This document shows positions 33,240 to 45,493 of a stretch of DNA of 64,000 nucleotides, one piece after another (positions within the stretch are counted from its first letter, which is position 1; each line of letters begins with the position of its first letter). Both the position numbers and the translations under genes were made by a program. This DNA is from Candidatus Bathyarchaeota archaeon (GTDB taxonomy: Archaea; Thermoproteota; Bathyarchaeia; Bathyarchaeales; DTEX01). The notes under the pieces were generated by a model that ran no database searches, had not been told where the DNA came from, and was given only the letters and a program-made list of their open reading frames with translations. Where the stretch lies: contig CAVQNT010000004.1 in the NCBI GenBank assembly GCA_963714275.1, positions 32,001-96,000 of the forward strand, read 5' to 3'.

Positions 33240-34750
33240 CTAAACCATCTCCATGCGTCTCAACCAATCCAAGTCCTGCGCGAACAGGTAACGGATGTCG
33301 TCGATTCCCGCTTTCATCATGAACAATCGGTCAACACCCAAACCCCAAGCTAACACAGGCACTTTGATGCCCAAGGGAAGCGTAAGCTCCGGACGGAAGA
33401 TGCCTGAACCTCCGAACTCCATCCACCCGTGACCTTTTTTGTAAGCAACCAGCTCAACGCTTGGCTCAGTGAACGGGAAGTAGTCTGGCCGATACTTGAC
33501 CTTGTCTGCCCCTGCCACGTCAATCGCAAACTTCTCTAGGACGCCAAGCAGGTTCATGAGCGTAAGGTCTTCGCCGATGATTATGCCCTCAACCTGGTTG
33601 AACTCAGTCAGATGAGTCTTGTCAATCACGTCCGGACGGAAGCACCGCGCTATCGCGAAATATTTTCCCGGAACTTCAAGGTCCTCGCTAATCAGTGTTC
33701 TTGCGCTGGCTGCTGTTGTTTGGCTCCGCAGCATCAAACGTGCAGCCTCAAACTTTGAAAAAGTGTAGCCCCAGCCTTTTGAGCCAGTTTTCCATCCGTT
33801 TTCGTGCGTTTCCTTAACCTTATCTAAGAAGCGTTGGTAGTGTTCAAGACTGCCGTTTTCGGGTTCTTTGATAAAATACATGTCGTGGACTTCTCTGGCT
33901 GGGTGGTCTTGAGGCATGAAAAGTCCGTCGCAGTTGAAGAAGCTGAGCTCAACGTTCGGACCAACCATCTCTTTGAAGCCAAAAGCAACGAGCCTATTTT
34001 TTAGGTCGTCAAGGAACCTCAGATACGGATGCTTCTTTCCAGGCCACGTGTGAGCCACTGGCGCCTTGATGTCGTAGGTTCGAAGCCTTGTTTCCCTCCA
34101 TCTACCTGAAACGATTAGTTCAGGTGCGAGACTGACTTACCTCTGATGTAACCTCAACGCCTTTTCTGACCAAGTCCCATCCGGCTGCGGTGACTCCAAC
34201 TCCTCTCCGTTTCAACGTGGACCTCAACAATTTTTCTACCCTTCAATGTCTCGACGGCTTCTTTCAATTCGTCGCTCAGGTCATCAACAACCACGCTTTC
34301 TTTTCCTTTTAACAATGATAAAAGTTTCTCGTCTGAGCCTTCAGCTGGTTCCTTCAACAATCTCAATTCTTGGGACTCCTTCTCTATCGCTGCCCATCCC
34401 TTACGGTTTATCCAGCCGAGAGCGATGACTGAAATGTTCCTGTATAACGAAGCAGCCCGTAATACGGCTTCTTTGCTTGCCTTTCCTCCCATATTTTTAA
34501 GAATTTTTACTAATCTTCTTTCTGGAAGCCCTTCTTCCGCGTATCTTCTTCCTTCGTCATTAAGCGAAATTTTTGTTCTCTTCTTTTCATGAACCATTAC
34601 CAAATTTAATGTTTCGAGTGAGAGGGTGGCTCGCATGACCGCAGAATCAGTTAATCCGCTGGCTTGAACAATGTGGTCAACGGTCGAATGTCCCCTAGAT
34701 TCCTTTAAGGTAAGCAACGTCTTGCTTTCGTTTTCGCGGAGATCAGCCAT
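33240..34750 (-). CDS. pheS: Phenylalanyl-tRNA synthetase alpha subunit (frameshifts near 34130-34200)
   Basis: PQDHPARE, THLTEFNQVEG, YFPFTEPS, GSGIFRPE, AWGLGVDRL. Confidence 0.95.
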
Positions 34751-34866
34751 GTTTCAGCCTTCCTTTTTCGGATTGAAACGTTATATCGGATTCGCGTTTG
34801 ACGAACCCTAACTTATAATTTATGTTTTGTTAATAAGCCTTCGTCGGTAGAAAAAACTGGATTCGG

Positions 34867-35900
34867 TTAAAACCACGCTTCCAATGTGGTCTTCTTTTTT
34901 GACTCCTTCATTCCATCGGTCGCCTTTGAAAGAGCCTTCTGCACACGTTCCTCCGAAAAATCTTTTTCGCCACACAAAAACCCTACGACACCTTCAAAGT
35001 CAGGTTCCCGCCAATTAAGAACGTAGCTGTCAGTAACTCTTGGGTGAACAAAAACGTCTCTAATGAGCTGAGGCTCAACGGGGAATGCGGCATCTTTCAA
35101 TACAGGAAGCGCCAGCTTCGAGGCTTCCGTGTTCCTTTATCAGCTTAAGCGCGGATTTTGGTCCTACGCCTTTCACGCCGTCCGGATTGTAGTCAGTGCC
35201 AATGAGGATGCCTATGTCGATGAGCTGTCCGTGCGTGATTCCCAACTCCTTAAGGGTCTTCGCCATTTCCACGATTTCAGGCACAACCTCAATGTACACG
35301 TTCTTCCTGGGAAGCTTCCTTTTCCCCGAAATCGTCAAGTTCCTAAGAAGAAGCGGAGCTCCGAATAAAAGGCTGTCAAAATCCTGGCTGGAACAATAGT
35401 TAGCGTCTCCCTTTTCAGCAATGTAGAGCTGCTTGAGCCTCTCCTTCCGATGGCGCTTGAACCCAGGGAATCCCCATGCACTTTAGGAGACGCTTCGAAT
35501 CGTCCGCCATGTAGTCCTTAAGGCGACTCGTCATCTGAGCGTACGTTCGCGCCTCCTCCGTTTTTCCCGCAACCAACGCACGCTCGTACTTTACCTGTGC
35601 TTCCTCCTTAATCTTCGACCTGCGCTTTATCTCCGCTTCTTTGAGGGTAGGCGGCATCCCGTCGAAGACATAGATGGCTTTTATTCCCATCTCCATGAGG
35701 TTGCATGTCCTGTAAAACAAGCCACTTAGGTGGCTCGTGATCAACCCTCTATGATCTTTCAGGGGCGTCCCGTCGGGCTGCCTAATGATTGCCAGAAACT
35801 GGTAAAGAGCGTTGTACGCGTCGATGGCGACCTTTTTTCCATTAAGGTTTTTTAGGTCAACCGCCGTTTTCGGAACCAAATCCCCTAAATTGACGCCCAT
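34867..35900 (-). CDS. fen: Flap endonuclease 1 (frameshifted)
   Basis: [37 protein letters not shown]-terminal PIP-like TTLEAWF. Confidence 0.95.
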
Positions 35901-36081
35901 CGTTCATCACTCAAATGGTTTTATTCGCCAGAATTATTATCGTTAATCAGTTTTTTCTTGTAATAGTATAACGTTTTACGGATTTACCTTTTTTGTTAAT
36001 TGTTCAACTGCTCAGTTAAATACGTGATTCAATAATCTTGTGAGTGACACAGCCAAGATTGAGTATGGTTAAGGTGGAAAA

Positions 36082-36974
36082 ATGGCGTTTCGAAAACCGG
36101 AACGGGAGCTATCAACCACTGAAATCCTGAGCCTATCCTTAAGCATGTATTCGTCGAAGTTTGACCTTTTTCTTGTTCCCTTCCTTTTAACCGCTGTCGT
36201 GAACAGCTTCGTAAACTATGTGCTTTGGAGGTTTGCGCCAGCCATTGAGTACCTCAAAACACAGCGGAAATCGTTACGTGGCTGCTTGATTACTTGATCG
36301 CTATTATTCCCGTGTTAGTAGCATCCGTCGTCATCGGCTGGGTCATAAACTCGATAGCCAATGGGATGGTCATAAAAATGTCCTCTGAGATGTTTGAAGG
36401 AAGACCTGCAACCTTCAAAGTTGGGCTAAATTCTGTTCTGTCCAGTCTTCCGACTCTCCTCATTTCTGGCATAATAGTATCCGCATTAACGATCCTTGGG
36501 TTAATCTTTTTCGTAATCCCAGGAATCATCGCAGTCATAATTTTCAGCTTAACCGTGCAGGTGATCATGATTGAACGGCATAACGTTTCTGCGAGTTTAT
36601 GGAGAAGCAGAAGGTTAGTCGCCAACAGATGGTCAAAAACTTTAGCCATTCTTGTTGCGGTTTTACTGTTGACAGCCATTTCAAACTTCGTAGGAAGAAT
36701 CGTAGGCAGCTATGTCGTATCATATGATAGCACCATGGGACTGATAATCGAAAGCATTATTTCGTCACTCGCCCAACCCATCCAGCCGATTATGTTAACT
36801 TTATTTTATTATTCGTTGCGTGCAAGAGAAAAACCCGGAGAACAAGTGATACCTCCTCACCAGTATCCGCCGATGTCTCCGTTGTACCAGCCTAACTTCT
36901 GTTACAAATGCGGAGAAAGACTGCCTCCGGACGCAATCTTTTGCCCCAAATGCGGAGCTAACGTAAAATCTTAG
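36082..36974 (+). CDS. Multi-pass membrane protein with C-terminal zinc ribbon (frameshift near 36250)
   Basis: Several hydrophobic segments, GLIFFVIPGII, terminal FCYKCG...FCPKCG. Confidence 0.75.
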
Positions 36975-37057
36975 AAACTTGCAGGCTTACGTTGGCCAGA
37001 GTCATCTACCTTTAATATTCCCTTAGTGAATTGTAGAATTAAAAGCGGGAATTAGAC

Positions 37058-38818
37058 TTGAAGTATTCGTTAGTTGCGGATGCTTACGAGAAGATTGAGG
37101 CGACAACCAAAAGGCTAGAGATGACTAACTATCTTGTTGAGATGCTGAAAAATACTCCGAAGACCATCATTGACAAGGTCGTCTACCTCACTCAGGGGAA
37201 AGCTTACCGGACTTCACAGGAATCGAGATAGGCATAGCTGAGAAACTTGCTGTCAGAGCGGTTGCCAAAGTAACTGGGAGAAGCGAAGACAAGATTGAAA
37301 GTGACCTGAGGCAAACAGGAGACCTCGGCGAAACCACTCAAAAGTTCCTCGAAAGCAAAAAGCAAGTCACTTTTTTTCCGCAGCTGCTCACGGTTGAAAG
37401 AGTCTACGACATGCTTGACAGGATTGCCAAGTCAACAGGTTCAGGTTCAGTGAACCAGAAGTTAAGCCTTCTCGCTGGACTGTTAGCTAACGCCGATTCC
37501 AAAGAAGCAAAGTATATCATCAGAACCGTGACTGGAAAACTTCGGGTAGGAATAGCGGACATGACTGTCCTAGACGCCTTAGCCATCGCTTACGGTGGCG
37601 GAAAAGAGTTGAGACCCCTTTTTGAACGGGCTTACAACGTCTCGTCCGATTTGGGTAGGGTCGCAAAAACGGTTGTTGAGTTAGGACCGGAAGAACTGAA
37701 GGGGTTTGAGGTGTCAATTGGGGAGCCCATCAGGCCTATGCTTGCTGAACGGTTGAGCTCAACACAGGAAATCCTCGCAAAGCTGGGTGGAAAATGCATC
37801 GCCGAGTACAAGTATGACGGTGAAAGAATCCAAGACTCACAAGGACGGGGACGAAGTTACGCTTTTCTCAAGGAGACTCGAAAATATTTCAAGCCAATAC
37901 CCAGACATCGTTAAGATAATTAGGGAAAGCGTAATTCCAAACAAGGTCATAATCGAGGCAGAATGCGTCGCGGTTGATACTGAAACCGGAGAGATGAAGC
38001 CTTTTCAGGAACTAATGCGCCGCAGACGGAAACATGGGATTCAGGAGGCAGCGGAGGAGAATCCCGTCTCGTTGTTCGTGTTTGACGTTCTTTATGTCGA
38101 CGGGAAAGACCTGACCCTAGAAACATACCCAGTTCGCCACGAGACTCTGCAAAGCCTCATCAAAGAGCACAAGTGTGTAAAGACAGCCAAATACATATTG
38201 ACGGAAGACTCCAACGAGCTTGAAAGGTTCTTTGAGGAAGCTATCGAAGACGGTTGCGAAGGTTTAATATGCAAATCGGTCAGCAGCGACTCCGTTTATC
38301 AAGCTGGGGCAAGAGGCTGGCTGTGGATAAAATACAAGCGGGACTACAAGAGCGAGATGAGAGACACGATTGACCTTGTCGCCATAGGCGCCTTCTACGG
38401 AAGAGGAAAAAGGGCTGGAACATACGGCGCACTTCTTCTCGCAACCTATAATCCACAACAAGACACCTTTGAAACAATCTGCAAATGCGGGTCAGGATTC
38501 ACGGATGAAGACCTAGAAAAGATTCCGAAAATGCTGGAAAGCCACCGAATTCTCCACCATCATGCCAGAGTTGAATCAAAGCTCGAGGCGGACGTATGGT
38601 TCGAGCCGAAGGTTGTCCTCGAAATCATCGGAGCCGAAATCACTTTAAGCCCAATCCACACCTGTGCCGCGAATACCATTAGAGAAGGCAGCGGCTTAGC
38701 CATACGGTTTCCGAGGTTCACAGGAAACTTCCGCCTTGACAAGTCAGTCGAAGACGCCACAGCTGTTGACGAGGTTGTTGAGATGTACCGCAGCCAACTA
38801 AAAACCATTGAGGCTTAG
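37058..38818 (+). CDS. lig: ATP-dependent DNA ligase (frameshifted)
   Basis: EYKYDGER motif I, EGLICK, WIKYKRDY, IRFPRF. Confidence 0.95.
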
Positions 38819-38883
38819 AAACAGTCATTTGCTAAAAATATAGAACTGATTAAGTATTTGTGATGTAAAAGTTCCAAGTCGAG

Positions 38884-39108
38884 TTAAGCCTCAGGCGCTG
38901 CCCAGCCCGTGCAAAGCGTTGTCTTTGACGTGCATCGGTCTTCAGTCGTTTCGTCCGGTGCTCTCAACGCTTTAACGCATCGCGCTTTAAGTGTCGCCCA
39001 GCCCATTGAAGCGACGTCTTCGTCACACGCCATTCTTCAGCTGTTTTGTTTGGCGCGTTCATCGTTTCAATGCAACGCTTGAAGCGTGCTTCCCAGGTTG
39101 GGATTCAA
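38884..39108 (-). CDS. Putative ~74-aa two-repeat Cys/Trp micro-protein (needs two single-base corrections)
   Basis: PTWEARFKRCIETMNAPNKTAEE / MACDEDVASMGWATLKARCVKALRAPDETTEDRCTSKTTLCTGWAAPEA*; AAAAACCTTAAAT BRE/TATA-like element upstream. Confidence 0.6.
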
Positions 39109-39435
39109 TCCTTGTGTCTAACTGAAATTTAAGGTTTTTGCACAAATTATTGAACTAAATTGTATTCAATTTTTTAAAAACGGAGAGTTCAGAGTTTAAC
39201 CGTTATCAGAGTCTCGGATTCCTATTTTTATGAGAATTCGGATGTTCGACAACTGTTTTTTCCGCTGAACATGCCAATAATGTGGTCGGGATATTAGGTG
39301 CAAATATTCAAGTTTTTTCTAATCTGAGCCTAGGTGATGCTTTTTTAGGTCATGTTCACATTTAGGTCATGGTTTTTGATAAAAAAATTTAAATGGTTTT
39401 ATACAATATTCTGTATGATTCGGTAGGCGTTCTGT

Positions 39436-40053
39436 TTGAATGAATTCGATAAAGACCTTAACGTCTTAGCGGAAAGGCTTTGCCTTGGCGAGGAAAAATA
39501 TGTTTCTAAAGAAATTGTGAGGTTGAGAGATCGACTGATTACTCTTCATGACAGCAATCTTGTGAAGATTAACCATTCCGTCATGGAGCTTGTCTGCGCG
39601 AAATATCTGGTTCTTGCTGGCTATTACGTTGATTTGGAAAGAACCCTTAATGGTATATCGTGTGACATTTATGCCACGAAGGGACTCGGTGCGTTGATAA
39701 TCGAGGTGGAAACGGGCTTTGTCCCGCCTGAACATGCGCTTGATCCGTCAACCTACATTAAAGCCCGAATAGCAAGCAAAATCACCCGTTACAGCGGTTT
39801 TGCTGAAAAGTTTGGGTTAGCTGTTCCGTCGCATTATGTCATGCCTGTCCCTCAGGTTTTGGTTGAGCCTTCCCGTAGCCGTCGCGACGACGAAATAATG
39901 GCGGTCAAAAAATTATGCGACATGTACTATAGTAACCCTCCGGTGAGCCTTAACGAAATAAGGAACGCCCGCATCCACACAATCTACATCTTGGACGTTG
40001 ACAACGGCACAGTGAAAGAAACTGAACCAGCCACCTACATAGAAAAAGTCTGA
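39436..40053 (+). CDS. Conserved archaeal hypothetical protein, possible PD-(D/E)xK-like fold
   Basis: NHSVMEL, CDIYA...IIEVETGFVPPEHALDP, SKITRYS. Confidence 0.75.
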   Translation: MNEFDKDLNVLAERLCLGEEKYVSKEIVRLRDRLITLHDSNLVKINHSVMELVCAKYLVLAGYYVDLERTLNGISCDIYATKGLGALIIEVETGFVPPEHALDPSTYIKARIASKITRYSGFAEKFGLAVPSHYVMPVPQVLVEPSRSRRDDEIMAVKKLCDMYYSNPPVSLNEIRNARIHTIYILDVDNGTVKETEPATYIEKV

Positions 40054-40233
40054 ACACTATATTCTTTAACACAGAACCATGCGGATGTAGGGTGCTGCAT
40101 AGATTTTGTTAAATGGAAATCTCGAACTTTCCAAAATCGTTAAGAACTTTTGAGATGTTTTTTAATCTAACAAAACATGAACGACCCATCAAACCCGTCG
40201 GCGAGTTGAAAGAACCTAAAAGGAGACCCAGCG

Positions 40234-41419
40234 TTGAGAATATACTTTGGCGTTTGCGGCATTGGGCTTGGGCACGCTGGACGATGCGTCCCAATTGCTG
40301 AGAAACTTGTTGAGAAAGGAGCAGAGGTTTTGTTCTCAACCTATAGAGACGCCATTAAATACGTGGAGCAAGTCTGGTTTTCCTGTCGTTAAAGCCCCCG
40401 CAGTAGGCTTCGTAGTCAAGGCGGACGGAACTGTCGATTTCAGACAGACAATCGCCAATCCTGGACCAATCTTAGCCTCATTCACACTAACGAAACAGGT
40501 CGAAAACGAAATCAAGTTCATACGAGCCTTTAAACCTGACGTGGTAATTTCGGACTCGCGGGTCTCTCCGTTGCTTGCAGCTAAAGTATTGGATGTCCCT
40601 GACATTTGCATCCTCAACCAGTTCCAAATAATTATCCCGCGGAGGTCTAGGCTTCTGAGGTTAGCCAAACTGGTTGACACGGGCGCTCTAGCCATGATTG
40701 GGAAACTATGGACAAGCGGAGCGACACATCTTATGATACCCGATTTTCCGCCTCCGTACGTATTGTCTGCTGGGAACCTCAATATTCCGAAGGCCTACCA
40801 AAAACGGGTAAAATTAATTGGACCAATCTTGTCCGTTCATCCAGATGACCTTCCAAGCAAGGAAGAACTACGAAACAGTTTAGGAATTGATGTTGATTCA
40901 CAATTGGTTTATTTGCCTATCAGCGGTCCAGCCGAGGAACGTGCCTACATCACGGATTTGCTTCGGCAGATTGTTCTGGACCTTCCGGACAGCTACCAAA
41001 TTGTCATGTCTCTCGGATACCCCAACTCCCCCATGAAGCCCATTCATAAAGGAAACGTGCACATTTACGGGTGGATTCCGAACAGGTTCGATTATCTCAA
41101 AGCATGCGACCTTGTCGTGTCCAGAGCTGGGCATGGCACATTAACGCAGGGCATCTGTTATGGGAAACCGATGGTTCTGATTCCGACCCCGAGCCACACT
41201 GAACAAGTCAACAACGCCCTAAGAGTCAAGGAGTTAGGCATAGCTGAAGTTTTGGACCAAAAAGAAGTAAGCAGGGACACCCTTGCGACAGTTATAGACG
41301 AAATGTTGTCAAACGAAAACCGCAAAAAAAGAGTCGAAGAAATCCAAAAGGACATTTCAGGCTTAAACGGACTTAAGACAGCTGTTGAAACGATAATGCA
41401 AGTAGCCCAAAACAATTAG
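40234..41419 (+). CDS. GT28/MurG-like glycosyltransferase (frameshift near 40345)
   Basis: N-terminal CGIGLGHAGR (other frame), PDVVISD, VSRAGHGT, PTPSHTEQVNNA. Confidence 0.85.
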
Positions 41420-42054
41420 ACTTTAAGAGAGTCAACTTGGCTAACTTGGATCTTAAGTCCTAATCCTAGAACGTAGATTTCTGCACTCTGTTTTCTGCTG
41501 GCTTTTGGCTTGATGACTTTTACCTCGGAAAAGCACTTACGCATTGAGTAAAGGAAACGGTTGAATAGTTCGCCCTGAAAAACCTTGACGAAGAAGTTTC
41601 CGTTGTCCTTCAAAACCGAATTGGCGATTTGCAGCGACTTGTCAGCAAGGTCAATCTGCCGGGCGTGGTCAACCTCCCATATTCCCGAAACATTCGGAGA
41701 CACATCTGAAGTTACAACGTCCGCTTTACATGGAAGAATCGCAATAATCCGATCTTTTGTCTCAGAGGTAGTTATGTCCCCTACAATCGTCAAAACATTG
41801 GTAAAATCAAACGGTTTAATTTCTGTCAAGTCTACTCCCAACACAAACCCTTTTGAGCCTACTATCTTTCTTATTACCCGCAACCAACCGCCGGGAGTAG
41901 CTCCCATGTCCAAGACAACGTCACCAGGCGTTATGAACAGAAATTTTTCGTTTGCTTCGGCTATTTTGTAAGCAGCCCGCGACCGGTAGTTTTCCTCTTT
42001 CGCCTTCCTGAAATAGTAGTCTTTCCTGTGCCTTCTCACCCATTCTCTAGGCAA
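41416..42054 (-). CDS. rlmE: 23S rRNA 2'-O-methyltransferase RlmE/FtsJ
   Basis: YRSRAAYKI, DMGATPGGW, SDVSPN, KVFQG, KPKASR..SAEIY. Confidence 0.93.
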   Translation of the reverse strand: MPREWVRRHRKDYYFRKAKEENYRSRAAYKIAEANEKFLFITPGDVVLDMGATPGGWLRVIRKIVGSKGFVLGVDLTEIKPFDFTNVLTIVGDITTSETKDRIIAILPCKADVVTSDVSPNVSGIWEVDHARQIDLADKSLQIANSVLKDNGNFFVKVFQGELFNRFLYSMRKCFSEVKVIKPKASRKQSAEIYVLGLGLKIQVSQVDSLKV

Positions 42055-42431
42055 CTAGCTGTCACCAGAAGGCTCCGTCTCCCCTTGGAAAGAGCCGAGA
42101 ATCCAGTCTGTGAGGGTGTTGCAGTCGCTGGGGGACACTCTTCCGCCTGCCCCACATCTTATGCTCTCTTCGCACGTCAAGCATGGGCACAATAAAATTG
42201 AGTCTATCGAGACAGGTTGCCTCATCGAAAACAGCCTGTAGGTCCAACGACCGTTCGAAACTTCCTTGTCGCGGCGAATTAAGCCTTTCTTTTCGAGCTT
42301 CAACGAGATTCTGGAGCCTTCTCTGCTGCTGGCATCAACATTTCGCCACAACTCAGCTGAAGAAGCCCCTGTTCGCCAGCGTTCATTACGAGCTGCAACG
42401 CTTTTTGTTCTAGGTCAGTCTGCTTAGGCAT
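42055..42431 (-). CDS. Winged-helix plus Cys-cluster protein, RPC34-like / TFE beta subunit (frameshift near 42355)
   Basis: SSREGSRISLKLEKKGLIRR...GRWTY winged helix followed by CPCLTC.....C.......SPSDC..LTDW, the 4Fe-4S-type motif of C34 homologues. Confidence 0.75.
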
Positions 42432-42558
42432 CAAGCCTTCCTCAGTAATTCGTTTTCAATATTATATACCGCAGCCTCCCATAAAAGAGTATAGACTCAA
42501 CATCGGGAAACTGGCATTCAACACAATTTTTATGTGTCTCCGGCTAATAGTTGGTTTC

Positions 42559-43572
<1,014 letters not shown>

Positions 43573-43583
<11 letters not shown>

Positions 43584-44205
43584 AAAGGGCGCTGAAGCCA
43601 GCCTTTATCTGGAGGATTGGCATGGCAGGAAAGTGGTTCTGAAGAAGCGGGTTTCGAAGAAGTACCGGGTGCCAGAGCTGGATGTGGAGATTCAGACTAA
43701 AAGGACTAGGCATGAACCCCAAATTATGCATAAGGCTAAGGAAGCAGGGGTTCCGGCTCCGATCGTTTTTCTGGTAGACCTTGAAGAGGCGACAATAGTT
43801 ATGGAGTTTGTTGAGGGAAAGCAAGTTAAACACGTTCTGAACGGTCTGCCGCAGGATGAAAGGAGAAGGCTCTGCCAGCAAATTGGGGAGCTTGTTGGGA
43901 AGCTTCACAGCCACGGGATAGTGCACGGGGACTTGACGACTTCGAACATGATCTTGACGCCCACGGGCAAGGTTGTGTTCATCGATTTCGGATTAAGCGA
44001 CCAAACCTGGGAGCTTGAAGCCAAAGGGGTTGACCTTCACCTCATGAAGAGGGCAATCGCGAGCACACACTTTATGCACGCTGAAGAATGCTTTGAGGCA
44101 GTCATAGATGGGTACGAAAAGACCATGGGAAAAAATGCGACCAATGAAGTTTTGGAAAAAATCGCTGAAATAGAAAGAAGGGGAAGATATATTTCAGAAA
44201 GATGA
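43573..44205 (+). CDS. bud32: KEOPS kinase Bud32
   Basis: KGAEA, HGDLTTSN, IDFGL, VDLHL, terminal RGRY. Confidence 0.95.
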
Positions 44206-44245
44206 CTTTGCATCAATGCAATAAAGTCTTGTGAGGAAGGCTGTA

Positions 44246-44836
44246 ATGGTACGAAATCATTTTCCTTACGGGCGGCTTGTCTTCTTCGCCACCGGTAACC
44301 TTCATAAATTTAATGAAGCTAGACGAGTTCTCGCAGAATTCAACATTGCCACAGCCATGATTAAGATTAAAATATCGGAAATACAGGACGACGATATAGA
44401 GAATGTAGCCAATGTGAGTGCCACAGAGTCTGCGCGAAGAAGCCATTTACCTGTCATCGTTGAGGACGCGGGGCTTTTCATAGAGGTGCTGAACGGGTTT
44501 CCGGGACCATACTCGAAGTATGTCCATAGCACCATAGGAATGGAAGGAATTCTCACGCTTTTGAAAAACCGTCAAAACAGGAAAGCCTGCTTCAAGTCTG
44601 CAGTGGCGTTCAATGATGCTGAAAGAGCAGCTAAATGCTTCGTCGGAGTTGTCGAAGGCAAAATCACGGAGGAAATTAGAGGAACAGGCTCGTTCGGGTT
44701 TGACCCGATTTTTGAGCCTAAAGAAAAGCCGGGAAAAACATTCGGCGAAATGACGGTTGAGGAAAAAAACAGTGTATCTCACCGTTTTCGAGCGTTGCGG
44801 GATTTTGCGGAATGGTATAAGAAAACTTACGTATGA
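44246..44836 (+). CDS. rdgB: RdgB/HAM1 XTP/dITP diphosphatase
   Basis: ATGNLHK, EDAGL, GFPGPYS, FGFDPIF, EKNSVSHR. Confidence 0.93.
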   Translation: MVRNHFPYGRLVFFATGNLHKFNEARRVLAEFNIATAMIKIKISEIQDDDIENVANVSATESARRSHLPVIVEDAGLFIEVLNGFPGPYSKYVHSTIGMEGILTLLKNRQNRKACFKSAVAFNDAERAAKCFVGVVEGKITEEIRGTGSFGFDPIFEPKEKPGKTFGEMTVEEKNSVSHRFRALRDFAEWYKKTYV

Positions 44837-45026
44837 GGTAGTATTGGTAACCTGTTTCTTGGCTGTTTTCAGACATCGTTTTGTCCTTTTGCTGCCCTCT
44901 TTAATACACATCTTCCACCGCTTCCTTACAGGAATGGGTGTGAACAATGTCTAGTCTTTAGTGTCTCAACAAAGTTTTTAAATAGCGGATGAGTTGCTTT
45001 AGAAGAATTCGAATGGAGGATAGGCA

Positions 45027-45481
45027 GTGCCCAAAAAAGAAAAGGGAACGTCGCATTCAAAGCGGCCTCTCAGTCGGCGAAGTCCAAGCTGGTGTAGATA
45101 CACTTCTGAAGAGGTAGAAGCTCGTAGTCATCAAGCTTGCGCGGGAAGGAAATCCTCAAAGCAAAATCGGCGTAATCCTGCGTGACCAATACGGGATTCC
45201 GCTGACCAAGACTGTAACGGGGAAAGGTCTTTCTGACATTCTAAAGGAGAACAACCTGAGTCCTTCGGTTCCTGAGGACCTTGACGCATTGTTAAGGAAA
45301 AGCTACTAGACTTCGCGCTCACCTCGACAGGAACAGGTCAGACGCGTATAACAGGCGAGCGATTCAGGTGACCGAGTCTAAGATTTACAGCCTTTCAAAC
45401 TTTTATAAAAGTAAAGGCGTCTTGCCTGAAGACTGGAAGTATGCTTCTGCATGGAAGTATGCTTCTGCAGCTCGTTCGTAA
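45027..45481 (+). CDS. rps15: 30S ribosomal protein uS15 (frameshifted; absent from the ORF track)
   Basis: KGTSHSKRP...PSWC...EEVE, IGVILRDQYGIP, VPEDL..LLRKA..LRAHL, ESKI..L..FYK..GVLPEDWKY. Confidence 0.9.
45434..45469 (+). repeat. Perfect 18-bp tandem duplication at the rps15 3' end
   Basis: TGGAAGTATGCTTCTGCA x2 (WKYASA WKYASA). Confidence 0.9.
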
Positions 45482-45493
45482 TCGTAGCCGTGG

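Noticed and set aside
38884-39100. DNA repeats as a degenerate CRISPR array
   Set aside because: Only two imperfect units, better explained as a protein repeat; no cas genes.
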